A stretch of DNA of 64,000 bases, taken from contig CM119263.1 of assembly GCA_051294375.1 (NCBI GenBank), forward strand, positions 21,309,154 to 21,373,153, read 5' to 3'. Source of the DNA: Paraspadella gotoi (taxonomy: Eukaryota; Animalia; Chaetognatha). Numbering within the stretch: the first letter of the stretch is position 1; each line of letters starts with the position of its first letter. Below, one piece after another: positions 52,501 to 64,000 of the stretch. The translations under genes were made by a program, and so were the position numbers. The notes beneath the pieces are model-generated. The model was given only the letters and a program-made list of their open reading frames with translations, had not been told where the DNA came from and made no database searches.

Positions 52501-52602
52501 TTTTTTATGCTTAATAATGTTTTTCCTGGAATTTTTTTTCAGTTTTTTATGCTGTCGCGGTTATATGCTGCTGGATTTTTATGCTGTGAAGTTCTTTTAT
52601 GC
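52501..52602 (-). promoter_or_regulatory. Cluster of GCATAAAA(AA) motifs (Hb-type consensus) in the hb leader exon
   Basis: TTTTTTATGC at 52501 and 52543, TTTTTATGC at 52576, TTTTATGC at 52595; the leader begins at a strong acceptor at 52686. Confidence 0.5.
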
Positions 52603-53031
52603 TGTTGGCTTTTCTCGCCCGAGGGTTTTGAATTGTTTACAAGCATCAGAAATTGGAATCGCGTTTTCTAAGAAGTTGTATGGACCTGCAGAGGGAAAAG
52701 AGAGGGGAAAAAATACTAATTAATAAAGTCTCTTGAATCTTGTAAAGAGAAGTAGAGATAATGTAAAAATGGTATCTAAATTTTATTAAATACGCTAAGA
52801 GACGAATGAGATGTCTCTCAACGGTGCGAACGTTTGTTTACAAAAACATTTCATCGGATAAAAACAAAAACAGACTGCGAAACGATTTATCGAATTATAA
52901 AAAAATATTGATGAAAATAATCATCGTCTTTTATTTTCGTCGATCCGTCGAAATTCTCGCGCGTAAACATCATTCCGTGGCGAAGGGGGAGAATCACCGG
53001 TGATAAAAAGCTAAAAACCATCATAACAGCT

Positions 53032-53071
<40 letters not shown>

Positions 53072-53109
53072 CATTATTATCCAAAACTAGGGGATTCTTC
53101 TCTCTTTTT

Positions 53110-54567
53110 TTTATCGAGCCAGACGGCGAATCCCGTCCTGGCTTGACAATAATTCAGAATAGCGTCTTTGTGATTACGACGTCGCCGTCGTCGGCATCGT
53201 CAGCATCACGCATTTTCATTATTTAAAAACTACTGCGATTTATATAGTTTTGGCTGGGGCTTCAAATTTTTTAAAAATAAAAATTACTAGGAAATAACGA
53301 TAAATTTTTATAAAAGAGTGCGATCATAGTAAGTTAAAAATCTAGATATATAGCTTCTCATCTTTGTATTTTGAATTTCTTTTTTGCTATTTAAAATAGT
53401 TTAGTGATGAAACGAAAAATTAGTTGTAATAGCAATTTTTATTTTTATTATTGTACATGTTTCGACTCTTAGTGTTACGAGTCTTCATCAGCAAATGAAT
53501 TCAATAGACCAAATTTTGATTGGAAAAAATTGTAATAATTTCCAATTTTAAACAATTGTAATATTTTTTTGCCTTTCTTTCATTTCTTTAAATTATATAT
53601 ATTTTTCTTTTAAATTTTTTGTCAGGCGCTGCCTTTTCTGAATCGTTTAAAAACAAGTTCAGGCTCTTCAGCGACCGTACAGTGCCTGTTCAGTGGCTGT
53701 TCAGCGGCTGTCCAGTGGCTGTCCAGCTTTGTCTCTCTCTCTCTCTGTCTCTCTCTCTCACTCTCTCTCACTCTCCTTCTTTCTTCTCTCTCTCACTGTG
53801 TGTCTGTCTCATCTCACAAGTTTCAGGCTCTTCAGCGACCGTACAGTGCCTGTTCAGTGGCTGTTCAACGGCTCTCCAGTGGCTGTCCAGCTTTGTCTCT
53901 CTCTCTGTCTCTCTCTCTCTCTGTCTCTCTCTCTCTCTCTCTCACTGTGTGTCTGTCTCTCTCTGTACGATCTCTTGCATGATTAAATTCTGACTTTTAT
54001 TATTGCCATTTATTCCGCGCTTTTTTCAATACAAAATCCCATATTTACTTCTAAGATTTTTTAGATGTATTCTCTTTCTTTCTCTCTCTCTTTTTTTCTC
54101 TCTCTCTCTCTTTCTCTCTCTCTTTCACTCATACACGCATTTGTTTGTTTTATTTACGATGAATGATTCATCGCATCAATGAATAACAATCATCGCACCA
54201 ATGGATGACTATCATCGTATCAATGAATGATTATCATCACATCAATGAATGACTATCATCACATCAATCATTTGGTTATCATCACATAAATTATTTGGTT
54301 ATCATCACATCAATCAATTGGTTGTCATGGCATTAATTATTGGTTATCATCGCATTAATATTTGGTTACCATCGCATCAATATTTGCTTATCATCGCATC
54401 AATAATTGGTTATCATTGCATCAATAATCAATTCCTATTACATCAATAAATTACTATTACATCAATAATTCGTTATCGCATCAATCATTCGTTTTTTTTT
54501 TGGATTTTTTTATTAATTTTCTTCAATAGCTGGCTGGCGAGATCCATATACTTTTAAGATTTTTTCT
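53110..54567. mobile_element. Family-B HINE-like element with internal GGTTATCATCGCATCAAT tandem units
   Basis: Terminal hairpin GAGCCAGACGG..CCGTCCTGGCTT, (GTC)n block, end GGCGAGATCCATATACTTTTAAGATTTT shared with 10190, 11745 and 15903. Confidence 0.65.
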
Positions 54568-54923
54568 TCTTTTCTTCCGTGAATAAGTTTAAAATCAGTA
54601 AAGGTTTCTGATTAGGGGAAATTCCAGATTGAAATTTAATAAATCGTGGGAAAAATCAAAAGCTTCTGATATTTTAAAATTTGATTACCTTTCCTTCAGC
54701 CTTAATTGTCCCCGCCACCCCTCAGCCGCCACCACCATCTCTGTTGCTTCTACCGCCGCCCTTTCCGCCGCCACCGCCACTACACTCGCCACTACCGCCG
54801 CCGCCTCCAAACCGTAAATTAGACGGAACGCTTCGTTGGATCCGAAAAAAGTGATTACGAGGTCGGATGACGCTTAGACGCATTTTAAGCGCCGATAATT
54901 CCTCTCTACCAAAAAATATCTGC

Positions 54924-54986
<63 letters not shown>

Positions 54987-55345
54987 TGCCACATCCCCTT
55001 TTCTCCCCCTCGAATATTTTCCTCTGAATATAATCGCGGTGGAATCAACCATTTCTCGTTTTATTGTGCCATTCATTTCATCAAACCCCCGCGGTTTTCG
55101 GGACGCCACCGACGACCGAATTTATCGCTCAAGGAAATAATTCAACGAATTCGCCAACATACATATGGGCGTTTTTAGTCGTCGGCGCTCTTTTGCGCCA
55201 GCGCTTTCCCTGCGTCTGGAGGCGCGCGCGCGCGATTTAAGGCGGCGAAAGAACGACGCCGGTCGAGGAAAAGTTTTCTGGCGGCGGGAAAGACACGGCG
55301 CCGGCCACCGAGGCCGCCCGTTCGGCGAGCGAAAAAACTTCGTTC

Positions 55346-55417
<72 letters not shown>

Positions 55418-56472
55418 CGTATCATTTTTCAATGAGGCCCAAATCGCAAATAACGATTTTTAATATCAGCGGATGAAATGAAATGGAATGAAAGTGAAAA
55501 GTGCCAAGGAAGAGTTAAGGATAGAAAAAACGAGGAGGGGAGCGGGCGAAGGAGGATAAAGGGTGAGGTAATAATATTTGTTGTAATCTAATCCCGAGCT
55601 CTTTTTCTGGTTTTTTTTTCCTATTTCTAACAAAAATATCTTTGATTTACTATATTTAAAATGTTGAAACTTATGCTCTAATACCTCACATTTTATCTTA
55701 AATACATATTTCTCATCATAACTCATCTTTTCGTTCCAGCTATTATCCTCCAACACCCTGCCATCCTCTCCCCCCCCTCTCCCATCCCCACGAAAACAAC
55801 CCAGCCGGGAAAATCGTCATCGAAAAATCGGTTATCGCCTCGTTTGCGTCGGAGAATTGCGCCACTTCCGGTTTGCGTCTCCGAATTGCGCCACTTTCGG
55901 GTCGCACTTCCGACTCGAACCATCGATTTCCGCGCGCGTTTTCTCCGCGCCGGCGTTGGGAAAACTGGGCGGCGTTGACGGCGCCGACTTTTAAATTTCG
56001 ACGCCGAAAAATTTAAGCCGCCGCCGCCGCCACCGGCGTCGCCGACCGAAAAATTTTCGGCGCGATGGATGGCGTTTTTCCTGGGGATTCGACGTCCCCG
56101 GGGATGGGGATCGAAGGGGAGGAGGACTCGTGGGATTGTGCTTGGAGAGTGGTGCGAATCGGGGAAAGGAATGAGGAGGATTTAAACGTATCTGTGTTAA
56201 AATATTTGAAAATGAGTTCAAAGTGATGTGTCAAGTTGTTAACAAATGTTTAACAAGAATTCGTAGGTTTAACTAATTCATTGGAGAACATCGGGAACGG
56301 GGGTTTAAGATGCTAAGAGGTTGGGGTAATGATGGAATAATGTGGCGGAGAAAAAAGGGGTATTTAAAAGAAAAGGGACCTTTTGAAAAGGAAAAGAAAA
56401 AAGGAAAAAGAAAGAATCGCGAAGCGGTTTTTCATCGTTTGGCGCAAATGGCGGAGAAAAGTCGCTGGATTT

Positions 56473-56526
<54 letters not shown>

Positions 56527-58477
56527 AAGGAAAAACACAATCGCAGAATAATTATTGAATTAAGCGGTGGGCGGAGGAGATGAAGGAAAAGAAAGAAAAA
56601 AGAGGGAAAAAAATTTAAAAAAGGAAAGAAGGAGATTCGGAGGTATAAAAAAAGGAAAGAGAAAAATTAAAGAAAAAAGGTAAACCGACTGAAGTAACTT
56701 TATAAAAATTATAAAGATCAGTTTATAAAATAGAATTTTAAAAAAAGGAAAAGAAAAGTAAAAGAAAAGAGTAGAATAATAAAAATAAAGGAGGCCAAAA
56801 GTGCAGAAGAAACGACGGAGAAAAAAAGAGGAACAATAGAAAAAAAAAGAAAAAAAAGGTGCGACGAAAGTCGATTGACGAAAATCGTTTTATCGCGATT
56901 ATATTTTCGAGATTGGCTTCGTCATCGACGCCGCCAACATTCTTACCTCCGACATTCTTACCTACCTCCCGACAGCCGACAGCCGATTACCAAGAGTCGA
57001 ATGCGTCCATGACCCCTGTTTTGTCGGTGACCACGCTCACTTTCCCCCGGCGAAGCGCCTTGACCCGGCCCCGTTATCCTAATAGACGGACTACATCGTC
57101 CACCGATTACGGCGTCGTCGTCGTCGTCGTCGTCGTCGTTGCAATCTCGAAATTAATTCGGTTTCGTCGGTAATCGAGACTCATCGACGGCGAAGGACGA
57201 TTATGAGGTGATTACGAAAAAAAGGTCGCGAAAATTGGCGCCATTCCGCTGATGCTGAGGATCCCGGCTATCGAGTCAATCAGGGATTGAAGGCGACTGA
57301 TTATGCAATGAAATATTGATATCGGGGTGAGTAAGTAAGGTTACTCAGTGGAGTGATCAAAACTAGGACTGAGAGAAGGTATTGGTTGAAATATGGATTG
57401 GTGATTGCCATTCTTGCGGACTATCAATCTTGGTTTAAAACAAAAGATGGTTCGGAGGTGCGACTGTGCGCGAATTTATTTTTTTGAATCGTGCAATAAA
57501 AAAAGTCAAGATCTTTAACTCTCGAATGGAATCGAACTCTTTAAGTCGGAATGAATCAGAAACGACGACGATGACGACGACGACGATGACGACTTCGTAA
57601 TAAAAGTGAGACGAAGAAGAAAATAAAAACGTTTCTCCGAAGGAACCGATCAGGACGCCGATGACAATGCATAACGCCCGCGCATATATTTTAAGGACGT
57701 CGCTTCAAAAATGACGCCCCCCAAGAAGACGGCATAACTTTTCTCTACGAGCGTCTTCCTTCTTTTATTTTCAACTCCATTTTATTCCAAACGGCGTCGT
57801 CGTTGTTGTCGTCATCTTCGTCGTCGTCGTTGTTGTTATGGTTTTCGTTTTTGTAGTTGTAGTTGTTGTTTTCGTCGTCCTCTTGCCATTCGTCCTTTTT
57901 TTTCAATTTTTTTTATCATTAGTAAATTGTTCTTTCTCGTTCGTCATTGTTCTTTCTCGTTAGTCATTGTTCTTCGTATTTCGTCGTAGTTCTTCGTCTC
58001 CGTTCGTCTCATCCGCCAAATGTAGGCGTTAAACAAGGATCGTTTCCCATATATTTTATGGCAAACTTTCTTCCCGTCAACGGCAAAGGCGGCGGCAGTC
58101 GCTCGACCGCCAGACCGCCCCTACATTCGGAAGTCGGAGAGACGTGGAAAGAGAGAAATAAAGAGGCAGTCTCAATAAAATATCGCTTTTCGAAAACTAT
58201 TTCCCCTCGGAAACCGCCGCGGCAGCCGTCAACGCCGCTTCCGCCGCTTTCCCGCCGGGTTTTTATCGCCGTTTCTAACCAACAAATACAATTATCTAAA
58301 TATTTTAGTCGTCAAAAAGATATTATTTGAATGTTATGGCCCACTTTCGACTTTAGACTGCCGAGTTTCGGCGGGCGGCGTTTCTAAGAGCGGGGGGGAG
58401 GTGGCGCTCTTTTCCCGAGCGGCGCTCTTTTCTAGGGGCGGCGTCGTTTCTTCCTAAGCAACGAGGAGGAAGGAGAG

Positions 58478-58557
<80 letters not shown>

Positions 58558-60799
58558 TTTCGTTGGTTTTAGGATTTGGACCAAAATCGTTAAACTTAAT
58601 ATAAAAAAATATGTGACAGTAAAAAATAGTGATTTGGAAAAATCTCAGTCTAAAAAACTCTAAAAATCCTTATTATTAATCAAATAAATAAATAAATATA
58701 TTCAAACTATTCCTTTAATCTACAAACACAACAAAAAAGAAAGGATTTACACATAATAAATAACACAAAAAATTAAGTTTTCTTATTCGCTTCGCCGTTT
58801 TTTTGCCGTCTTTATACTTTTTCTTTTCTCTCTTCCCATTAAGTCCACCACCTCATCCTTACCGCCCACCCATCACCGCCCCACCCATTTCCCACCGCCC
58901 CCCTTTTCTCACCTCCCCCACCCCATAAGAAATTTTTTCCGTCGTTGGGTTCCGACGATTATAATATTAAAGACGTGGCTGGTCTTTTCTCGCTCGATTG
59001 ATGTCCTCCAAAACTGCCGAATAGTCAACTCGGGGGAAGAATAGAAAAATTCATATTTTCTCTTCTCTTCAAAAATTGTCGTCGTCGTCGCTCGTTCGTC
59101 GCCATTCGTTCGTCGGCGTTGTTCGTCATTTGTCGGCGTCGTTCGTTCGTCTTCCTTCATCGGCGTCCTTCGTCATTTTCTTTCTCGGCGTGAATGTCTT
59201 TTTTTTCGTCGTTGAACTTTGTCGACGTCGTTGCGACAGTCGTCGTAATTATCTTGTCCTAATTTGTACTCAAAGTCTTGGGGAACGGATATAACATTGT
59301 AATGAGGGAAGATTTGGCAAGATTTCGAAAGGGACATCACCGGTGAAGCGTATTATCGATGTAAATCCAGAAAATATATACCCGTGAAATGATGTTTGTC
59401 CAGGAAAAGAATAAAAAAAGAAAAATGTCATCTCATTTGCGTCTCTGGCGACTTTAATTCTTTCCCTTATTCGTCGTCGTCTTCGTTGTCGTTTTTACAA
59501 TCTTCGTTGTCACTGTAGAAGTCATTGTTTCTGTATTTATTGCCCCATTGCCATCTTGATTGTTGCCGTTCTTGTCATTACAGCCAGCGCCATGCGTGTC
59601 ATCTTCATCATCTTCGTCGTTATCGTCGTCGTCGTCGTCGTCTTCGCCAAAAACCCGAAACTCGAGAAAACAAAAGGAATTAACGAGAAAGTTAATCTTT
59701 TTTTGAAAAACTCAAATTTCCAAAATTCTCATATTTTTTCTCCCCAAACTTTTCCCTCAACCTTTCTTTTCCTCACACTAGTTTCCTCAGTCCACTTCCC
59801 CCTTTTTTTCTTTCCAGTGTCTCATTTCCTACAATATGCTTCCCCATCTTCAGCCCCATCCCTCCCCATCCCATTTACCAGCACCTATCCCCACCCCAAC
59901 CCCATCTTCATCCCTATCCACTCCATCCCCATCTCCTCATCCACGTTTTGACCTCAAAACCGACGTTGAGTCCTTTTCTTCGAAGTCATTAACGTCTTTG
60001 CGGTCTACATCTTCTTTTCGGGGCCCGCCGCCGAACGCCGCCGACCGCCGCCGCCGCCGCGCCGCAACCGACATTGGGAGGGAACACGAACCCCCGCTAC
60101 CGCCACACAATACCTAGCGGCGGACGCACTCACCCACGAACGCGACTCGCTGATCCGTGACTTTTTCGCGGTCGAACGAGGCCTCGTTTACAATGAGAAA
60201 AATGTAACGGCGGAGTAACGAGCACGGAATTTATAAATAGTATAATTAAATTTACATTAATTATACTTAATTGTCTCTTTGTATTTTGCTTGATAAGGAA
60301 AGGGTTTTCTCGTCGTTAGCAAAGACTAACTTTTTTTTATTGTTTTTTGAATTAACGTCACGGTTGCTCTTCTGTCTAGATTTTCGGCGCCAGATTCTTT
60401 GTCTATATTATCTCGCGGCCGAAAATTATCGAAAACAACCTCTAGCGAGAGAGAGAGAGAGGAAGAGAGAGAGAGAGAGAGAGAGTTGATTCGTTGCCTC
60501 GTTAGTTTGACAAAAGGGAAAAACGTCCCGCATCTAAACTCGTCAGTTCAACGGTTTTGGTCCCGGGAAATCGAAGAATTGCTTAACGTTTTTCCATCGT
60601 TTGTAAAGGAGCGAGTCTCGTTACGGTAAAAGGTTTTTGGTTTTAAAGGGGTGGGAGTGGGTAGGGGGTTTGATAGAGAGGGAGAGAGTGAGATAGAGAG
60701 GGTGCGTATGTATTGGAAAAGAAAGGGGAAAAAGTGGAGGAACGGAAAGAGGCGATAGACTAGGAAACTCAAAAAGAAAGCCTAAAGAGAGAGGGAGAA

Positions 60800-60895
<96 letters not shown>

Positions 60896-61154
60896 AAATG
60901 AGAAAAGAATCAAGAAAAAAAATAAGAAAAGAAAGCAACAAAAAAAATAAATAGAATTAAAAGCAAAAGGGAGGGAAAAAAAGGAAGGAAAACGATTCGC
61001 CCTCTGCGAACAACAACCAAATACGAAAATGGATAAACAATAGAAAAGAGTTTAACGAATTCTGAGAAAAGTTAACAAAAGGATTTTTAAGCGGATCGAA
61101 TCCCTTCCTCCTCTGCGGAGGACAGCGGATTTGAAGGTTGGGGGTTGGGGTGGG

Positions 61155-61164
61155 NNNNNNNNNN
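61155..61164. other. Assembly gap (10 N)
   Basis: Run of N. Confidence 1.
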
Positions 61165-61211
61165 AAGTCATTAAAAAACGGATCCGATTCGCGATCGGGT
61201 TTGCGACCCTT

Positions 61212-61249
<38 letters not shown>

Positions 61250-61354
61250 TTTTGTGAATCGGCTTTTCTTTCTAAAGTTTTAACCGAAAATGAAGAAGAT
61301 TTTTGAGGAAGTCGGTAGTTAAAAGATTTTCTATCGGGGGGTGGAGAAGACGTT

Positions 61355-61407
<53 letters not shown>

Positions 61408-64000
61408 AACTATTTTTCTCTCTCTCTTTGTTATGGAATGACATGGCTCTGAGGAGAAGTAGATCAATTTTTTTTTTAGTTCCAAACTATTTTTTTAAAA
61501 AGATTTTACGATCTTTTTTGTCAAATATTTTATCGTTTTTTTTTCTAACTTCACTTACATCGTAAATCCATGAAAGTTATGAAATTTTTAAACGCGTTTG
61601 TTTCGTTGACAAAGCTATGTAAAGTGAAGAAAAACCGCGTCAGTAAAAAAGCATTCAAGAAGAAAAGTCTTCCGCACGTTGACTTTTTATCTCTTTTTCC
61701 TTTTTTTACCCTCTTTTTTTTAATGCCCCCAATCGGCTCGTGCATGTCTCATGGTGCGCATCTATGGTGTGCCCGCACTCCGTGCCTAAAAACTCGCTCG
61801 TGCGTTTAAATCAAAGGAGTTTCAGTTTTGCTCTAGATTTTTTCCAAAAATGGTCCGAGTGGATTTGCGGCCCGTTTTTATCGTCATCTCAAAAATGGAC
61901 CCAAAAAAGGGACCGTTTTTAAAGAGACGGGTTTTTTTTTAGCCGTGAGTTGAGGGGGAATGAAGAGAGATAGAGAGCGAGAAGCGTGAAAGATTTATGA
62001 GAAGTGAAAAGAAATCGTCACACTGGCGCAAGCGAATTTTTTTTTTTGAATGTTCATTGGCAGTCGCTCGCGTCCAAACCAATAATTTATAATAAATCCA
62101 ATTAATTCTTTTCCATCATACTTTTCTTAGTTGCAATCAGTTTTGTCACTAATTCCTCATCCTCACCGTTTCTACCACTCCATCTCACCACTCACCACTC
62201 CCTATCACCACTCATTAATCCCACTCACCACTCACCACTCCCGAGCTTCTCTCCCTCTCGCCAGGGAGGGTTTAAAAAATAACTCCGCGCAAACAATTCC
62301 TTTCGTATAAAAATTCACGGGAGTTTAGAAGTTCAGTGATAAACAAACGCCTCTGTCCCGAATTTGACGAGCACCTTCGCGAGTTTTTCGGTTTGGAAAT
62401 CGTTTTTTACCGGATGTATAATCCGTATACAATAACTTACTCTCTACCAAAGTAAGAAAAAAAATAGTTAATAAAATAAAAGAAAATAATAAAAAATAAT
62501 TTAGCGTTAGATTTATTTAACAAATTAGGGAGACGCAGAAAGAGGATAAAGTGCTTTCACCCGTGCCCCGCCCCTTCCTCTCATTCTAACTCAATCCTTC
62601 TCTTTTTTCTTCTCCTTCTTCTGCTCCTCCTCCTCATCTTCCACCGCCATTGTTTCTATGGCGACAAACTTTCTGAGGCGGGGCTCGGATGTTGTTGATA
62701 GCTCAACGAAATCGGAGAGGAGGGTTAATAAAAAAGGGGGCCAGAAAAACACAGAGGAGAGAGAGAGGAGAGAGAGAGAGAGAGAGAGAGAAGAAGAGAG
62801 AGAGAGAGAGAGATGAGAGAGAGAGAAGAAGAGAGAGACTGAAAGACAAAGGTAAAAAATTCAGAAAATAAAGCAAGAGAAAGAAAGAAAAAAACGAAAA
62901 GCAAGGGAATCAAGAAATAAGAGAGAAGAAAAAAGAAAGAAAGAAAGAAAAAAGAAAGAAAGAAAGAAAAATAGAAGAAAAGAAGAGAAGAAGGAAAGAA
63001 AGAAAGAAAGAAAGAAACGAAAAACGAAAGAGAGAGACAGAGACGGAGAGAGTGGCATCGGAGACAGAGAGAGATGAAGCTATGGAGTCGAAACGAGAGC
63101 TGGAAATGTAGAGCAAAATTTGGAGCCGAGCAGAAAATGGGGGGGGGGAAGTAGGGGGGAAGGGAATCGGGGAAAAGGGGGGCTGAGGGGAAAAGGTATG
63201 TGAAGGGCGGTTTTTTCCGCACGTAGGGCGGGGCCTACTTTTTTTACGGGGCGATGTGTTTTGTAAGGGGATGTAACGAAGAGGTGGTATGACGGTCGGG
63301 CGATCGGATGGGTTGAAGAAAAAATGGAGGTTTCGTTGGAATATGATTGCGACGATTGAGGGGGATCGGGGGGGAGGTGTGAGAGCGATGGTTAGGGAGT
63401 AACGACTCTGTAGGGGATAAAATAAGACAAATTGTAATCGCAGAAAAGGTTAGAGTAATGAGTCATGGGATACATGATGTAATGAGGGGAGAGATTTTGT
63501 GTTAAGTTAGAAACGTAAGAACATCGCGACTGCAGTAAAAGCTGCTGTAAACGAAAATAATTTTTTTTTGTGGGAGAAAAACACAAAAAAGAAAACAAAA
63601 CAAAAAAAAAACAAAAAAACTGAATCTACAAAAAAAAACTTATTTCATTGCCATAGGGAAATAAGATGAATTATTTATCACTATATAAATAAAAAAATCT
63701 ATTAAAGTGAGGAGAAAAAACAAATAAATGAAGGCAGAGGAGGAGGAGGAGGAGAAGAAGAAGGATGAGGAGGAGAAGGAGGAGTGAAGAGGTCGATGAC
63801 CGCCTGGAACCGGAACTCGCCGATGTTGACACAAAGTGGAAGAAGAAGATGGAGAGAGTGAAAAAAAGAGGAAGAGGAGAAAGGATAAGAGAAGGGGAGG
63901 GTCTTTGACCCAAAAAAAATGTAAGACGAGTTGACAATGGGGAGGAAATTAAAAAAAGAAAAAAGGAGAGCAGGAGAGAGTAAGAGAGAAAGAAAGAGAG

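Overview
Animal (protostome, probably lophotrochozoan) genomic scaffold with GC/CpG-rich exons, AT-rich introns, many (AG)n/(GTC)n microsatellites and three N gaps. All gene models were spliced by hand (GT-AG, phase-checked). (1) An Epac2/RAPGEF4-type gene has its 5' exons on the minus strand (37298->~7938). Its DEP/cNMP-B/REM/RA/GEF exons appear frameshifted on the plus strand at 484-7022, probably a noisy fold-back/gap-fill artefact. (2) A complete 11-exon anoctamin/TMEM16 gene is nested on the same strand in the 21.5-kb Epac intron 3. (3) A 2-exon candidate neuropeptide precursor ending ...NPFKYG-stop is nested antisense in Epac intron 2. (4) An 11-exon, ~1700-aa, 9-zinc-finger hunchback gene lies at 52383->45049. 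Its inferred 3'UTR has perfect 8mer sites for miR-125, let-7 and miR-100 plus Pumilio elements, and its leader has a cluster of Hb-type sites. The most novel-looking signal is a set of ~210-250 bp elements in two unrelated-sequence families. They have 4-bp target-site duplications, TA/TG..CA/TA ends and a tRNA-Gly-like Pol III promoter followed by a circularly permuted (type-P5) twister ribozyme fold. They look like solo LTRs of a 'twister retrozyme'. TA-TSD MITEs and DINE-1/HINE-like non-autonomous Helentrons are also present.
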